Source of the DNA: an uncultured Bacilli bacterium | GTDB lineage: Bacteria > Bacillota_I > Bacilli_A > RF39 > UBA660 | Assembly: GCA_934096235.1 (NCBI GenBank) | Contig: CAKOLO010000004.1 | Coordinates: 3,551-67,550 of the forward strand | Direction: 5' to 3' | Length of the DNA: 64,000 bases | In this document: positions 39,591 through 49,900 of the stretch, piece by piece | Layout: every line of letters begins with the position of its first letter | Position numbering within the stretch: the first letter of the stretch is position 1 | Made by a program: the position numbers and the translations under genes | The notes under the pieces: model-generated | What the model saw: the letters and a program-made list of their open reading frames with translations, nothing else | What the model was told of the DNA's origin: nothing | The model's database searches: none

Positions 39591-41018
39591 GTGATGAAGG
39601 AATTTGACTTTGAAAAAATGCCTATAGTTGAGATAGTTAATGAGATTATCATGGATTCTGTTAAGAAAAATGTCAGCGATATTCACTTTGATCCAACTAA
39701 AGAAAATATTAAAATTAGAATTCGTATAGATGGTATCTTATCAGATTATTCTATTATACCTGGTAAATATAAACGTAATATGATTTCTCGTATTAAGATG
39801 ATTGCTGGAATGAATATTATGGAAACTCGTTTGCCTCAAGATGGTGCGATCAAAAGTAGGATTGGTAAGAAGATGCTTGATCTTCGTGTTTCATCATTAC
39901 CTACTAACTGTGGTGAAAAAGTAGTTATTCGTATCCTTGATTATAGTAAGAGTTTACAAGGACTTGATACATTAGGATTTTCTGAAGATAGTTTAAAGAA
40001 GATTGAAAAGATGGTTGAAGTACCAAACGGCATTATCTTAGTAACTGGTGCTACTGGATCTGGTAAATCTACTACTGTTTACTCTATTCTTCAGAAGATG
40101 AATACTCCTGATGTTAATATTATTACTGTTGAAGATCCAGTCGAGATGGATATAGTTGGTATTAATCAAGTACAAGCTCAAAGTGAAATTGGTCTTACGT
40201 TTGCTAATGTATTAAGAAGTATCTTGCGTCAAGACCCTGATATTATAATGATCGGAGAAATTCGTGATGATGAAACTGCTAGAATTGCTGTTCGTGCTTC
40301 TATTACTGGACATAAAGTATTATCAACAATACATACAAATAACTCTTTAAATACAATAGAAAGACTTACTGATATGGATGTAGAACGTTACTTACTTGGT
40401 TCTGCTCTTACTGGTATCATATCTCAAAAGTTAGCTAGACGTCTTTGTCCTCATTGTAAACAATTAAGAGATACTACTCCATATGAAAAGAGTGTATTTA
40501 AGAAAGTTTTAAATAAAGAAGTTAATCAAATGTTTGATGCTAATAAAGATGGTTGTGATAAGTGTTTTAGAGGTTATAACGGACGTATTGGTCTTTATGA
40601 AGTTCTTCTTATGAATGAAGATATTAGAGATGCTATTACTAATGCTATGCCTAAACATGATCTTAGAAAGTTAGTTTATAAGAGTGATGTTATTACTCTA
40701 CTTCAAGATGGACTTGAAAAAGTTTTACTAGGAGAAACTTCATTTAGTGAAATACTTAAAGCTGTTGATCTTGATAATGATTTATCTAACTATAAAGATG
40801 ATAATTTACAAAATAGTATAAGCGATAGTCAAAATCATAATGAAAGTGCTAAGACTCCTGAAGTAAAAGAAGAACCTAAAGAAGATAAATTAGAAATTAT
40901 GTCAAATGAACCAGATATAGATTATGAATCATTAATACCAAGTGATCCTGATAATCATAAGAATGAAATACCTCATGATACTGCTAGACCTGGTGAGATT
41001 GAATATTTCAATTTATAG
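39591..41018 (+). CDS. GspE/PilB/ComGA-family secretion ATPase with roughly 90-aa acidic low-complexity C-terminal tail
   Basis: Walker A GATGSGKST, Asp box, His box and a tetracysteine motif (CPHC...CDKC). Confidence 0.8.
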   Translation: MMKEFDFEKMPIVEIVNEIIMDSVKKNVSDIHFDPTKENIKIRIRIDGILSDYSIIPGKYKRNMISRIKMIAGMNIMETRLPQDGAIKSRIGKKMLDLRVSSLPTNCGEKVVIRILDYSKSLQGLDTLGFSEDSLKKIEKMVEVPNGIILVTGATGSGKSTTVYSILQKMNTPDVNIITVEDPVEMDIVGINQVQAQSEIGLTFANVLRSILRQDPDIIMIGEIRDDETARIAVRASITGHKVLSTIHTNNSLNTIERLTDMDVERYLLGSALTGIISQKLARRLCPHCKQLRDTTPYEKSVFKKVLNKEVNQMFDANKDGCDKCFRGYNGRIGLYEVLLMNEDIRDAITNAMPKHDLRKLVYKSDVITLLQDGLEKVLLGETSFSEILKAVDLDNDLSNYKDDNLQNSISDSQNHNESAKTPEVKEEPKEDKLEIMSNEPDIDYESLIPSDPDNHKNEIPHDTARPGEIEYFNL

Positions 41019-41063
41019 AAACTTCGGTTTCTTTTTTTATGTATTAAAAAAGTAGTATTTCTA

Positions 41064-42281
41064 CTACTCTATATAATCTGGCTCTGCACACTTAGATAAA
41101 TCTACATTTATGCTTTTTAAAAATTCTTTTAAATATTTGTTATCATCATCTGTTATAAAATGTCCTTTCCCTGCGTATATTTCATATACTGGTAAATTAT
41201 CATTATTAAATTGTAAGAGATTTGCATCACTACTATGTTTTATTATTTCCATTATGTTATAGTCATATGTTCCTTCTTCAAACTTTGTGTATCTTAAATC
41301 AGAATTGCATATTTGATTTGGTTTACATGCTTTGTATGCAGTACTTAATCTATATTTATTATCTTTATATACATTTAGACTTACTGTTATGCATTCTTTT
41401 CTTTTAGTGATATTAAATATATGATCACCATAACTTATGTCATCTATAGTTAGTTTTCCCATATCCATATTTAAGTAATTATAATATTTATTTTTCTTAG
41501 TACTCATCTCATTATAAAGTTTATTTATATTTTTTTCATTATCAAAATTTAATACTTGTTTTGCGATGGTTCTTGGGAATAATTTATATATTGATTTTGT
41601 ATATTCATTACCGTCTTTTGGATATTCTGTGTTTACTACTTTATTATCTTTTATAGTTATTTTTACTGGTAATGAACTCCCTGTTGATATAACTAACGCA
41701 TCATCTTCTTCAAGATAGTAACTTCCACTATAAAGCCACAAATATAAATATTTATAATTACCTTTCTTTTCTATACCAAAACTATGATAACTATAAAATA
41801 CATTAAAATCTTCTTTTGAAGAATCAGGATTACTCTTAAATTCTTTATTTCTTAAATAATCTATTGCGATATCGTATAGTTCGCTAGATTCATTTATTAA
41901 ATTTATTTTTAAAGTACTGCTATAAAATATTGAGATAGTTACTATCAATAATATAAAAATGCTAAGTACTAATATTTTCTTTTTTGATTTCTTTTCTATT
42001 TTTGTTTTTTCTTCTAAAGATGCAATAATTGCTTTATCTTTTGATTCAGTACTCTTACTTTTTTCACCATTTATTAGTTCTTCTATACTTATATCTAATT
42101 CACTGCATAATTTTTTAAATAAAGAAACATCTGGAAAAGAAAGTCCTCTTTCCCATTTACTTACTGCGTTTGTACTTATACCTAACTTTTCAGCTAAAGC
42201 TTCTTGTGTTAATCCTTTATCTTTTCTATTTTTAGCAATAAATTTACCTATTTTTTCTTGATTCATAGTTACCTCTTTCAT
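41064..42281 (-). CDS. XRE-family HTH regulator with TM helix and large extracytoplasmic domain
   Basis: N-terminal HTH_3 (LTQEALAEKLGISTNAVSKWE) and a central TM. Confidence 0.6.
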   Translation of the reverse strand: MKEVTMNQEKIGKFIAKNRKDKGLTQEALAEKLGISTNAVSKWERGLSFPDVSLFKKLCSELDISIEELINGEKSKSTESKDKAIIASLEEKTKIEKKSKKKILVLSIFILLIVTISIFYSSTLKINLINESSELYDIAIDYLRNKEFKSNPDSSKEDFNVFYSYHSFGIEKKGNYKYLYLWLYSGSYYLEEDDALVISTGSSLPVKITIKDNKVVNTEYPKDGNEYTKSIYKLFPRTIAKQVLNFDNEKNINKLYNEMSTKKNKYYNYLNMDMGKLTIDDISYGDHIFNITKRKECITVSLNVYKDNKYRLSTAYKACKPNQICNSDLRYTKFEEGTYDYNIMEIIKHSSDANLLQFNNDNLPVYEIYAGKGHFITDDDNKYLKEFLKSINVDLSKCAEPDYIE

Positions 42282-42358
42282 AATTAATATAACATTTTAA
42301 TTAAATAATTTACACATACTATTGGTTTAATTTAAAATAAAAGTAGTAAAAATACTAC

Positions 42359-43255
42359 TTAAAATCTTCTTGTTGCTCCTCCTCCACTTGAATGACCTCC
42401 GTGTCCTCCAATGTGATATGTACTATGTCTTCCAAGGCTCATACTTCTTCCATATCCTCTTCCATACATCCTATCATTAGAGCCATTAAGTGTTAGTATA
42501 TAACCAAATATATTTGTAAATGAGAAAAAGTATACAAGAAAACTAATTCTGTTTACGTTACCCATCATATTCATTATACCAACTAATGCTAAATAAATTC
42601 CTAATAATGCAACTTGTTTACCTGTGCTTTTCTTAAACATTACTACATTTATTATAATTCCTAGAATTATACCAAATAGAAATCCATAAATATAATAACT
42701 ATATTTTTCAGTATAAGCTATGTCTTCTACATTATATGGTATTGTTGGAATAGTATAATCTATATTTAAATTATATTCTTCTACAATCACTTGATATATT
42801 GCATCATACGCATTTTTTATTCCTTGATTCCAATCATCTTTCTTTAATGTTGGTATTACATAGTTATCAAGTATTCTTCCTACTTTACCATCTGGTAATA
42901 TTCCACCTAGTCCATCACCTATTTCTAACCTTATAGTTCTTTCTTGTGGGCAAAGTAATATTAAAGCACCTTTATTATCTTCACCTATTTTAAAGTTATT
43001 ATAAATAGCATTAGCATATTCTTCAATAGACATTCCTTCTGTACTTTTTATCGTTACAACTACTATCTGTATTTTGCTTTTATTATCTAGTGCTATACTT
43101 CTTTTATAAAGATATTTTTTCATTTCTTCTCTTAAAATGTCAGCATAGTCATTAACATAATAATTTTGTGTTGGTTCTACTAAAGCATCAACTTTTATAA
43201 AACAAAATACTAATAAAAGAAGGATTAAAATATTTTTAATCCTAGAATTCAACAT
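42359..43255 (-). CDS. TPM-domain protein (YgcG-like) with C-terminal TM helices and Gly-rich tail
   Basis: TPM phosphatase-like domain. Start ATG overlaps the last codons of lemA. Confidence 0.65.
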   Translation of the reverse strand: MLNSRIKNILILLLLVFCFIKVDALVEPTQNYYVNDYADILREEMKKYLYKRSIALDNKSKIQIVVVTIKSTEGMSIEEYANAIYNNFKIGEDNKGALILLCPQERTIRLEIGDGLGGILPDGKVGRILDNYVIPTLKKDDWNQGIKNAYDAIYQVIVEEYNLNIDYTIPTIPYNVEDIAYTEKYSYYIYGFLFGIILGIIINVVMFKKSTGKQVALLGIYLALVGIMNMMGNVNRISFLVYFFSFTNIFGYILTLNGSNDRMYGRGYGRSMSLGRHSTYHIGGHGGHSSGGGATRRF

Positions 43256-43802
43256 TTGGTACACCTGTATCAGATTCATTTGTTTCAAAGTATTGTTTCT
43301 TTTCAAATTTAAATATATTTGCTACTATTTTACTTGGAAATACACTAATCATTTGATTATAATTTTTAACAGCATCATTATATGACTTACGAGCATTAGC
43401 AATTCTATTTTCTGTACCAGCTAGTTCATCTTGTAATGTTATAAAATTAGTATTAGCTTTTAAATCTGGATAGTTTTCTACTATTACATTAAATGAACTT
43501 AGTGCTTGAGTTAATTCGTCATTAGCTTTTGCTTTTTCACTAATAGTTTTGGCATTTACTAAGTTATTTCTAGCATCAGTGATACTATTGATTATTTTTT
43601 CTTCATGAGCCATATATCCTTTAACAGTACTAATAAGATTTGGTATTAAGTCTGCTCTTCTTTTTAGTTGAACATCAATATCAGAATATTTAGCATCTAC
43701 TTCTTCACCTGATTTAACCATATTATTATATGAAGATATAAAACTACCAGCTAAAGCTATTAATATAATAAGTATTATAAGTCCAGTATAACTTTTTTTC
43801 AT
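43242..43802 (-). CDS. lemA: LemA-family protein
   Basis: LemA length and motifs. Conserved LemA-TPM gene pair. Confidence 0.8.
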   Translation of the reverse strand: MKKSYTGLIILIILIALAGSFISSYNNMVKSGEEVDAKYSDIDVQLKRRADLIPNLISTVKGYMAHEEKIINSITDARNNLVNAKTISEKAKANDELTQALSSFNVIVENYPDLKANTNFITLQDELAGTENRIANARKSYNDAVKNYNQMISVFPSKIVANIFKFEKKQYFETNESDTGVPNVEF

Positions 43803-43882
43803 AATATCCCTACTTTCTTAGTTTTAGTATATAATAATTATTATGTTTTTTCAATCTATGAATATAATTTACTGGTGATATT

Positions 43883-45772
43883 ATGTTTCAAAGTGTACAG
43901 AATAAAAGAATTAGAATAGTATTTGTTATTTCACTTATAGTATTCTTTTTTGTTATAGTTAAAATATTTTATATACAGGTTATTGAATATAAAAAATTAA
44001 ATACTCTTGCTAGTGAACTTTGGAGTCGTAATCTAACTGTACAGGCTGATAGAGGTAGAATACTAGATAGAAATGGTAAGGTTATTGTAGATAATGTTAC
44101 TACTGTTGGATTATATTTAGTACCTAGTCAAATACTTAATAAGGAAGAAGTTGCTAGAACACTAGCTGAAATACTTGGTGTTAGTTATGATGAGATGTTT
44201 AAACATGTTAGTAAAAAAACATCTATTGAAAGAGTTCATCCTGAAGGAAGAAACTTAGATTTTGAAATTGCTGATAAAATAAATAGTTATAATTATGATG
44301 GAGTTTATCTATTAAAAGAATCTAAAAGAGATTATAAATATAAAAATGTTTTATCTCATGTGATTGGTTACACTGGTATAGATAATCAAGGCCTTAGTGG
44401 ACTTGAACTTAAGTATGATAAAGAATTAACTGGTAAGAATGGAAGTATTAAATATTTTAGTGATGGTAAGGGTAAAAGACTTTCTATGTCTGAAATATAT
44501 AATGAACCTAAAAGTGGTAATGATATTAAACTTACTATTGATTTAGATATTCAGTTGTCACTTGAAAATGAACTATCGAATGCATATACTAAGTATGAAG
44601 CTGAAGGAGCTATTGGACTTGTTATGAATCCTAAGACGGGTGAAATAATTGCGATGAGTAGCTACCCTTCTTTTGACCCAGCTAATTATAAAGAATATAG
44701 TACTGAAGTAATAAATAGAAATCTAGCAATATGGGCTAACTTTGAACCTGGTTCTACTTTCAAAATAGTTACGCTTGCTGCTTCTATTAATGAAGGAAAA
44801 GTAAATATATTTGAAGATCATTTTTATGACTCTGGAAAGGTTAAAGTTGCTAATGCTACTCTACACTGTTGGAAAAGAAAAGGTCATGGTGATCAAACAT
44901 ATGTGCAAGTAGTAGAAAACTCATGTAACCCTGGATTTGTATCTTTAGGACAAAAACTTGGAAAAGAATTATTATTTAAATATATTACTGAACTTGGGTT
45001 TGGTAAGAAAACTGGTATTGATTTAAATGGTGAAGGAACTGGAATACTATTTAAAATGGATAAGATTGGACCAGTTGAACTTGCTACTAGTGCATTTGGT
45101 CAAGGTATTAGTGTTACGCCTATTCAACAAGTAACTGCTGTTAGTTCTATAGTAAATGGTGGTACTTTGTATGTTCCTTATGTAGTTAGTGAAGTTGGAG
45201 ATAAAAGTATAACACCAACTATAAAAAGAAAAAATGTTATAACTAAGGAAACTAGTGATGTTGTTAAGTATGCTCTTGAAAGTGTTGTTGCTAATGGTAG
45301 TGGACGTAATGCTTATATTGAAAACTATAGAGTTGGTGGTAAAACAGGTACTGCTCAAAAAGTTGGTAGTGATGGAAGATATATGAGTGGTAACTATATT
45401 CTTTCATTTATTGGATTTATGCCAGCTGATGATCCAGAATTTGTTGTATATATTGCTCTTGATCATCCTAAGGGTGTTACTCAATATGGTGGTGTTGTTA
45501 GTGCTCCTATAGCACGTAATGTTCTTAAAGATATAATATCAATTTATGATTTAAAAGAAGATGTTAGTGGTCTTCCTAAAGTATATAGATGGGATGATAT
45601 TAAATATGTAATGATTCCTGATGTAATTGGTAAAAGTAAAAAAGAAGCTAGAAGGCTTCTTAATGGATTTAAAATTGAATTTGTAGGAGACGGAGATAAA
45701 GTTATTGATACTAGTCCTAGTGTTAACTCAAGAACTAAAGAAGGAAGTACTATAAAAGTTTTATTAAACTAA
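43883..45772 (+). CDS. Penicillin-binding protein (class B transpeptidase, SpoVD/FtsI-like) with C-terminal PASTA domain
   Basis: PBP dimerisation and transpeptidase motifs (STFK, SCN, KTGT) plus PASTA. Confidence 0.8.
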   Translation: MFQSVQNKRIRIVFVISLIVFFFVIVKIFYIQVIEYKKLNTLASELWSRNLTVQADRGRILDRNGKVIVDNVTTVGLYLVPSQILNKEEVARTLAEILGVSYDEMFKHVSKKTSIERVHPEGRNLDFEIADKINSYNYDGVYLLKESKRDYKYKNVLSHVIGYTGIDNQGLSGLELKYDKELTGKNGSIKYFSDGKGKRLSMSEIYNEPKSGNDIKLTIDLDIQLSLENELSNAYTKYEAEGAIGLVMNPKTGEIIAMSSYPSFDPANYKEYSTEVINRNLAIWANFEPGSTFKIVTLAASINEGKVNIFEDHFYDSGKVKVANATLHCWKRKGHGDQTYVQVVENSCNPGFVSLGQKLGKELLFKYITELGFGKKTGIDLNGEGTGILFKMDKIGPVELATSAFGQGISVTPIQQVTAVSSIVNGGTLYVPYVVSEVGDKSITPTIKRKNVITKETSDVVKYALESVVANGSGRNAYIENYRVGGKTGTAQKVGSDGRYMSGNYILSFIGFMPADDPEFVVYIALDHPKGVTQYGGVVSAPIARNVLKDIISIYDLKEDVSGLPKVYRWDDIKYVMIPDVIGKSKKEARRLLNGFKIEFVGDGDKVIDTSPSVNSRTKEGSTIKVLLN

Positions 45773-45792
45773 AAAAGACATCATGCGATGTC

Positions 45793-48309
45793 TTATTCTT
45801 GATATGTAAATGTATTAAAATCTATTCCTCCACCTGTATAACTAAATGAGTAATAAGGATTTTTTGTATTTTTTTCATAAGATGTTTGTCTTTCAAAATA
45901 TGCTTTTCCTTCTACTCCAGGTTGATTAGAATCATATATACCTACTATATAGGTTTCTTTACCATTTACTTTGTAAACTTTGTTTCCTATAACTGAGTGA
46001 CCAGCTATAGAACATCTAATTGATATCATAGCTGGTGAACCAGTTTTTACTTCATCAATAAGTTTATTTAGATTCTTATAATATTTATAATTTATATCTT
46101 TATTATTATGTTCTATACTATTAGCAAAAGCACCTATAAAATTTGAATATTGCTTTCTATAACCTATATTTATTAATTGAAGTAACTCATAATCATCTTT
46201 ATATTCTTTAGATACATTTTTAGCACCAGCTAAGTCTATATAATCTTGTGTTTCATATTTCTTTATTTTTTCATTTTTACCATTTATAGTAAAAGTTTGT
46301 TCTTTTTTAAGTTCTTTAAAGTATGGTTCAAATCCTAGGCTACTATATTGTCCTTTGTATTTAGAATTTATATAAGATACTTCATCTTTTACATATCTAT
46401 AGTCATTTAATTTTGAACTATCAAAATTAAATGCTTCATTATATTTAGAATTTAATTTTATAGAATAAATATTTCCTTTTTTAAGTCTTTTTTTATTATT
46501 TTCAGATAATGAGTATCCTGGAATTTTATAATCATTTCCTAGCATATATGATGAATTTGTTTTCTTTTCTGTATCACTTGTTTTTAAAGTGTTTAAAAAT
46601 ATTTTTTTTGATATTTCTGAGAATCCATAGCAGTTTCCACCTTCACTATCTTTACTTCCAAAATTTTTAAAACTAAATCCATCTCTTTTAACATCAAAGC
46701 CACTATCAGCTATTAAAGTTGTTTCTTCTCCTTCTATTTGAACTTGTTTGTTTTCAATGTCTCCTTCAATAATTCCTATTAATGTTTCTAACATATTACT
46801 ATCGCTAGCATATAAATATTTACCATTAGTATATTTTGCCATTTCAATAAGATTATCAACTTTTAAATTACTACCTAAACCAATAGTTATAATTTTAATA
46901 CCTTTTTTAGCTATTTTATTAATTTCATATTTTGATAAATCCATTCCTACACCAAATAAAGAATTATCATTACCATCAGTTAGCACTATTAAAAATTTAC
47001 TGCCTGGAACTTTAGTATCAAATTTATTTGCTTCATCTTTTATACTGCTTGTTAGTCTTGTTCCATTAAAGTTTTGGCATTCTGTTTTTATAGAACTTAT
47101 TTTATTTTGGATTGCTTTAGAGTCTTTAGAATTTTCTATTAGTTTGCAATAATCTCCTGTAAATGCTGCTGCTGAATATTCATAATTCTTTGTTTCTAAT
47201 CTTCTTACAAGTTCATTCATTAATGTTACTCTTTTGAAGCCTGTATCATTAGCATATTCGTCTATATCACTATTATCTGTATTTTTAATATTCTTTTTTT
47301 CATATACATATTCTTTGGTATACATAGAACCAGAATTATCTAATAATATATGAATTTGATTTTTAGTTTCTTTTATATTTGATAATGATTTATCTCCCAT
47401 AAAAAGTATTTTATCTAAATTTTTTAGTATTGCACTACAGTATTTATTATCACAAGTAGTAGACAATTCTTCAATCTTTTTAGTGTTTTCATCATATGTA
47501 TATATACTTACTTCTTTGTTTATCAAAAAATAATCTTTCTTAATATATATAGTTACTTCCTCTTCTTCTTTGTTAGTAGTTGTAAGTCTTAACATTTCTT
47601 TATTTAATATGTATTCAGAAGAAATGCCTATGTTACCTTCATAAGTATCTAAAAAAGTATTAGCTATATTTCCTTTACCTTTTACTTTTATATAATTGTT
47701 TTTTGATTCATCATTGTCTTGATAAACTTCGAATGTTCTTACTTCGTTGTAATCATCTTTTTTAGTTGGATCTAAGCCCATTATTAATTCTACATTGTCA
47801 TAAAGTCCATCACCATCTGTATCATTAGTATAAGTACTAAGTCCTTTTTCTTTTTCTACTATATTTGGTATACCATCATTATCATAATCTTGGTAGTCAG
47901 TTGGTATAATTAATGTTTCATCAGTAAGTAATAATGTACTCTCTATATTAACATTAAATTCATATGTTTTAGTTATATTTTTGTTTGTAATTGTTATGAT
48001 ATTTTTTTCGGATTTTACTGGTATATTTTTAAGTTCTTTTCCTTTACTTATATCATAACCATTAAGTGTCCATAAAGTATCTTCTTTTTTAATAAATAAA
48101 CTAGATGATAATGTAAATTTATAGTCACTAAATTCATTATCTTTATATTCTTCTTTAATATTATTTATTTCTAATTTAGGATTTAAATATTCATATAAAA
48201 AATATACTCCTGTTATAAGTAATAACATACATATAATAATTATTGGTATCAATATATTTTTCTTTGATACTGGAGTTGTTATATTTTGATTTAATGTTTC
48301 ATTATTCAT
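45793..48309 (-). CDS. Membrane-anchored protein with thrombospondin-type-3-like Ca-binding repeats and a vWA domain
   Basis: N-terminal TM helix, DxDxDGxxD repeats, MIDAS-like LLDNSGSM. Confidence 0.55.
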   Translation of the reverse strand: MNNETLNQNITTPVSKKNILIPIIIICMLLLITGVYFLYEYLNPKLEINNIKEEYKDNEFSDYKFTLSSSLFIKKEDTLWTLNGYDISKGKELKNIPVKSEKNIITITNKNITKTYEFNVNIESTLLLTDETLIIPTDYQDYDNDGIPNIVEKEKGLSTYTNDTDGDGLYDNVELIMGLDPTKKDDYNEVRTFEVYQDNDESKNNYIKVKGKGNIANTFLDTYEGNIGISSEYILNKEMLRLTTTNKEEEEVTIYIKKDYFLINKEVSIYTYDENTKKIEELSTTCDNKYCSAILKNLDKILFMGDKSLSNIKETKNQIHILLDNSGSMYTKEYVYEKKNIKNTDNSDIDEYANDTGFKRVTLMNELVRRLETKNYEYSAAAFTGDYCKLIENSKDSKAIQNKISSIKTECQNFNGTRLTSSIKDEANKFDTKVPGSKFLIVLTDGNDNSLFGVGMDLSKYEINKIAKKGIKIITIGLGSNLKVDNLIEMAKYTNGKYLYASDSNMLETLIGIIEGDIENKQVQIEGEETTLIADSGFDVKRDGFSFKNFGSKDSEGGNCYGFSEISKKIFLNTLKTSDTEKKTNSSYMLGNDYKIPGYSLSENNKKRLKKGNIYSIKLNSKYNEAFNFDSSKLNDYRYVKDEVSYINSKYKGQYSSLGFEPYFKELKKEQTFTINGKNEKIKKYETQDYIDLAGAKNVSKEYKDDYELLQLINIGYRKQYSNFIGAFANSIEHNNKDINYKYYKNLNKLIDEVKTGSPAMISIRCSIAGHSVIGNKVYKVNGKETYIVGIYDSNQPGVEGKAYFERQTSYEKNTKNPYYSFSYTGGGIDFNTFTYQE

Positions 48310-48436
48310 TTTATACCTCTTTCTATTCTATTTAATAGTATAACATACTTTAAATAATTTGTCTTTCTTTTGTGAAATTATTAATTGATTTTTATAATGT
48401 AATATAGTATTATACACTTGTTTATAGGGGAAAAGT

Positions 48437-49189
48437 ATGAATAAGATATTTACTACTGAAAAAGAATTAGGCATTTATCCTACTCTTGATGGTATAATTC
48501 ATCATGAAAGTGATATTTATATTAAAGATGAAAAAACATTATATAAAGTATTATTATATGGAAATAGACTTACTAGAGAAAGTACTATACAAAAATTATC
48601 TTTATATGGTAACTCCAATTGTGTTACTCCTAGTGGTATAATATATACTCCAGAATATCAATTTATTGGTTTTGAAATGCCTTATTTAAAGAGTTATATA
48701 CCATCTACTAGATTAATTTTTAGTAATAAGATTTCTTATAAAGATAAGTTAAGATTTGCTAAAAAGATTGCTATTGCAATAGAGCAATTATATAAAGATG
48801 GAATTGTATTTTGGGATATTCATCCTGATAATAATATGATTAGTAAAAATGGTGATATAAAGATAGTGGATATGGATAGTGTTAGATTTAGTGATTGTTA
48901 TACAAGAGATGAGTTTCAACATGAAATTGCTTGTTCACATAGATTACTTTCACAGTTAACGTTATCATATATATCTAAAATGAATGTTATAGAACTTTCA
49001 AAATTATTAAGTGAAGATGAGATTAGAGAAATATTTAGTTTAGTTTTTAAAGGGTATTTATTGGAATATTTAGAAAGTGTATTTGGTTTTTCTGATGAAA
49101 TAATTTTTCCTAGTGAGTTTTTAGAAGATATTAAAGAGGAAGATTTAATTTGTGTAAGAGAACAACTAATAAAGAAACTTCGTAAATAG
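48437..49189 (+). CDS. Protein-kinase-like fold protein (HxDxxxxN catalytic loop, DMD)
   Basis: WDIHPDNNM ... IVDMDS motifs. Directly upstream of lexA. Confidence 0.4.
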   Translation: MNKIFTTEKELGIYPTLDGIIHHESDIYIKDEKTLYKVLLYGNRLTRESTIQKLSLYGNSNCVTPSGIIYTPEYQFIGFEMPYLKSYIPSTRLIFSNKISYKDKLRFAKKIAIAIEQLYKDGIVFWDIHPDNNMISKNGDIKIVDMDSVRFSDCYTRDEFQHEIACSHRLLSQLTLSYISKMNVIELSKLLSEDEIREIFSLVFKGYLLEYLESVFGFSDEIIFPSEFLEDIKEEDLICVREQLIKKLRK

Positions 49190-49239
49190 TGTTTACAAAC
49201 AAATTTTTGTATGTTATTATTTAGTTAGGAAGTGATTTT

Positions 49240-49857
49240 ATGGAAAAACTTACAAATAAGCAAGAAGAGATTTTAACAACTATTAAAAAATTTATTGCTG
49301 ATAAAGGGTATGCACCAACTATTCGTGAGTTATGTTATTTATGTGGTTTAAATAGTACTGCTACTATGTTTGTACACTTAAAGAATCTTACTAATAAAGG
49401 GTATATTAATCAAACTGAGAGTAAGTTTAGAACTATTGAGTTAAATGTACCAAATGAATATAGTAAAAAGGAAGAGAATGTTATTTCTGTACCGTTACTT
49501 GGAAAGGTTGCGGCTGGAAATCCTATTGAAGCAATTGAAAATCCTAATGAATATTTTTCATTACCTAAAGAATTAGTTCCACAGAATCATGATGTATTTA
49601 CTTTGGAAGTTAATGGTGAATCTATGATTAATGTTGGTATATTTGATGGTGATATAGTTATTGTTAAACGTCAAAATAATGCTAATAATGGTGAAATAGT
49701 AGTAGCTATGACTGATGAAAATGAAGTTACTCTTAAAAGATTTTATAAAGAAAGTGACCATATTAGATTACAACCTGAAAATGATTTTTTAGAACCTATA
49801 ATACTAAAGAATGTTACTATTCTTGGTAAGGCTGTTGGATTATATAGAAAAATTTAA
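49240..49857 (+). CDS. lexA: LexA repressor
   Basis: N-terminal wHTH, AAG cleavage site, S24 Ser/Lys dyad region. Confidence 0.85.
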   Translation: MEKLTNKQEEILTTIKKFIADKGYAPTIRELCYLCGLNSTATMFVHLKNLTNKGYINQTESKFRTIELNVPNEYSKKEENVISVPLLGKVAAGNPIEAIENPNEYFSLPKELVPQNHDVFTLEVNGESMINVGIFDGDIVIVKRQNNANNGEIVVAMTDENEVTLKRFYKESDHIRLQPENDFLEPIILKNVTILGKAVGLYRKI

Positions 49858-49900
49858 TTAAAATAAAACTGATTATTTATTATAATCAGTTTTTATATGT

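Noticed and set aside
49190-49201. TGTTTACAAACA dyad upstream of lexA as a LexA operator.
   Set aside because: It does not match the Firmicute CGAAC-N4-GTTCG consensus and is a short AT-rich dyad. It is kept only as a low-confidence candidate inside the lexA finding.
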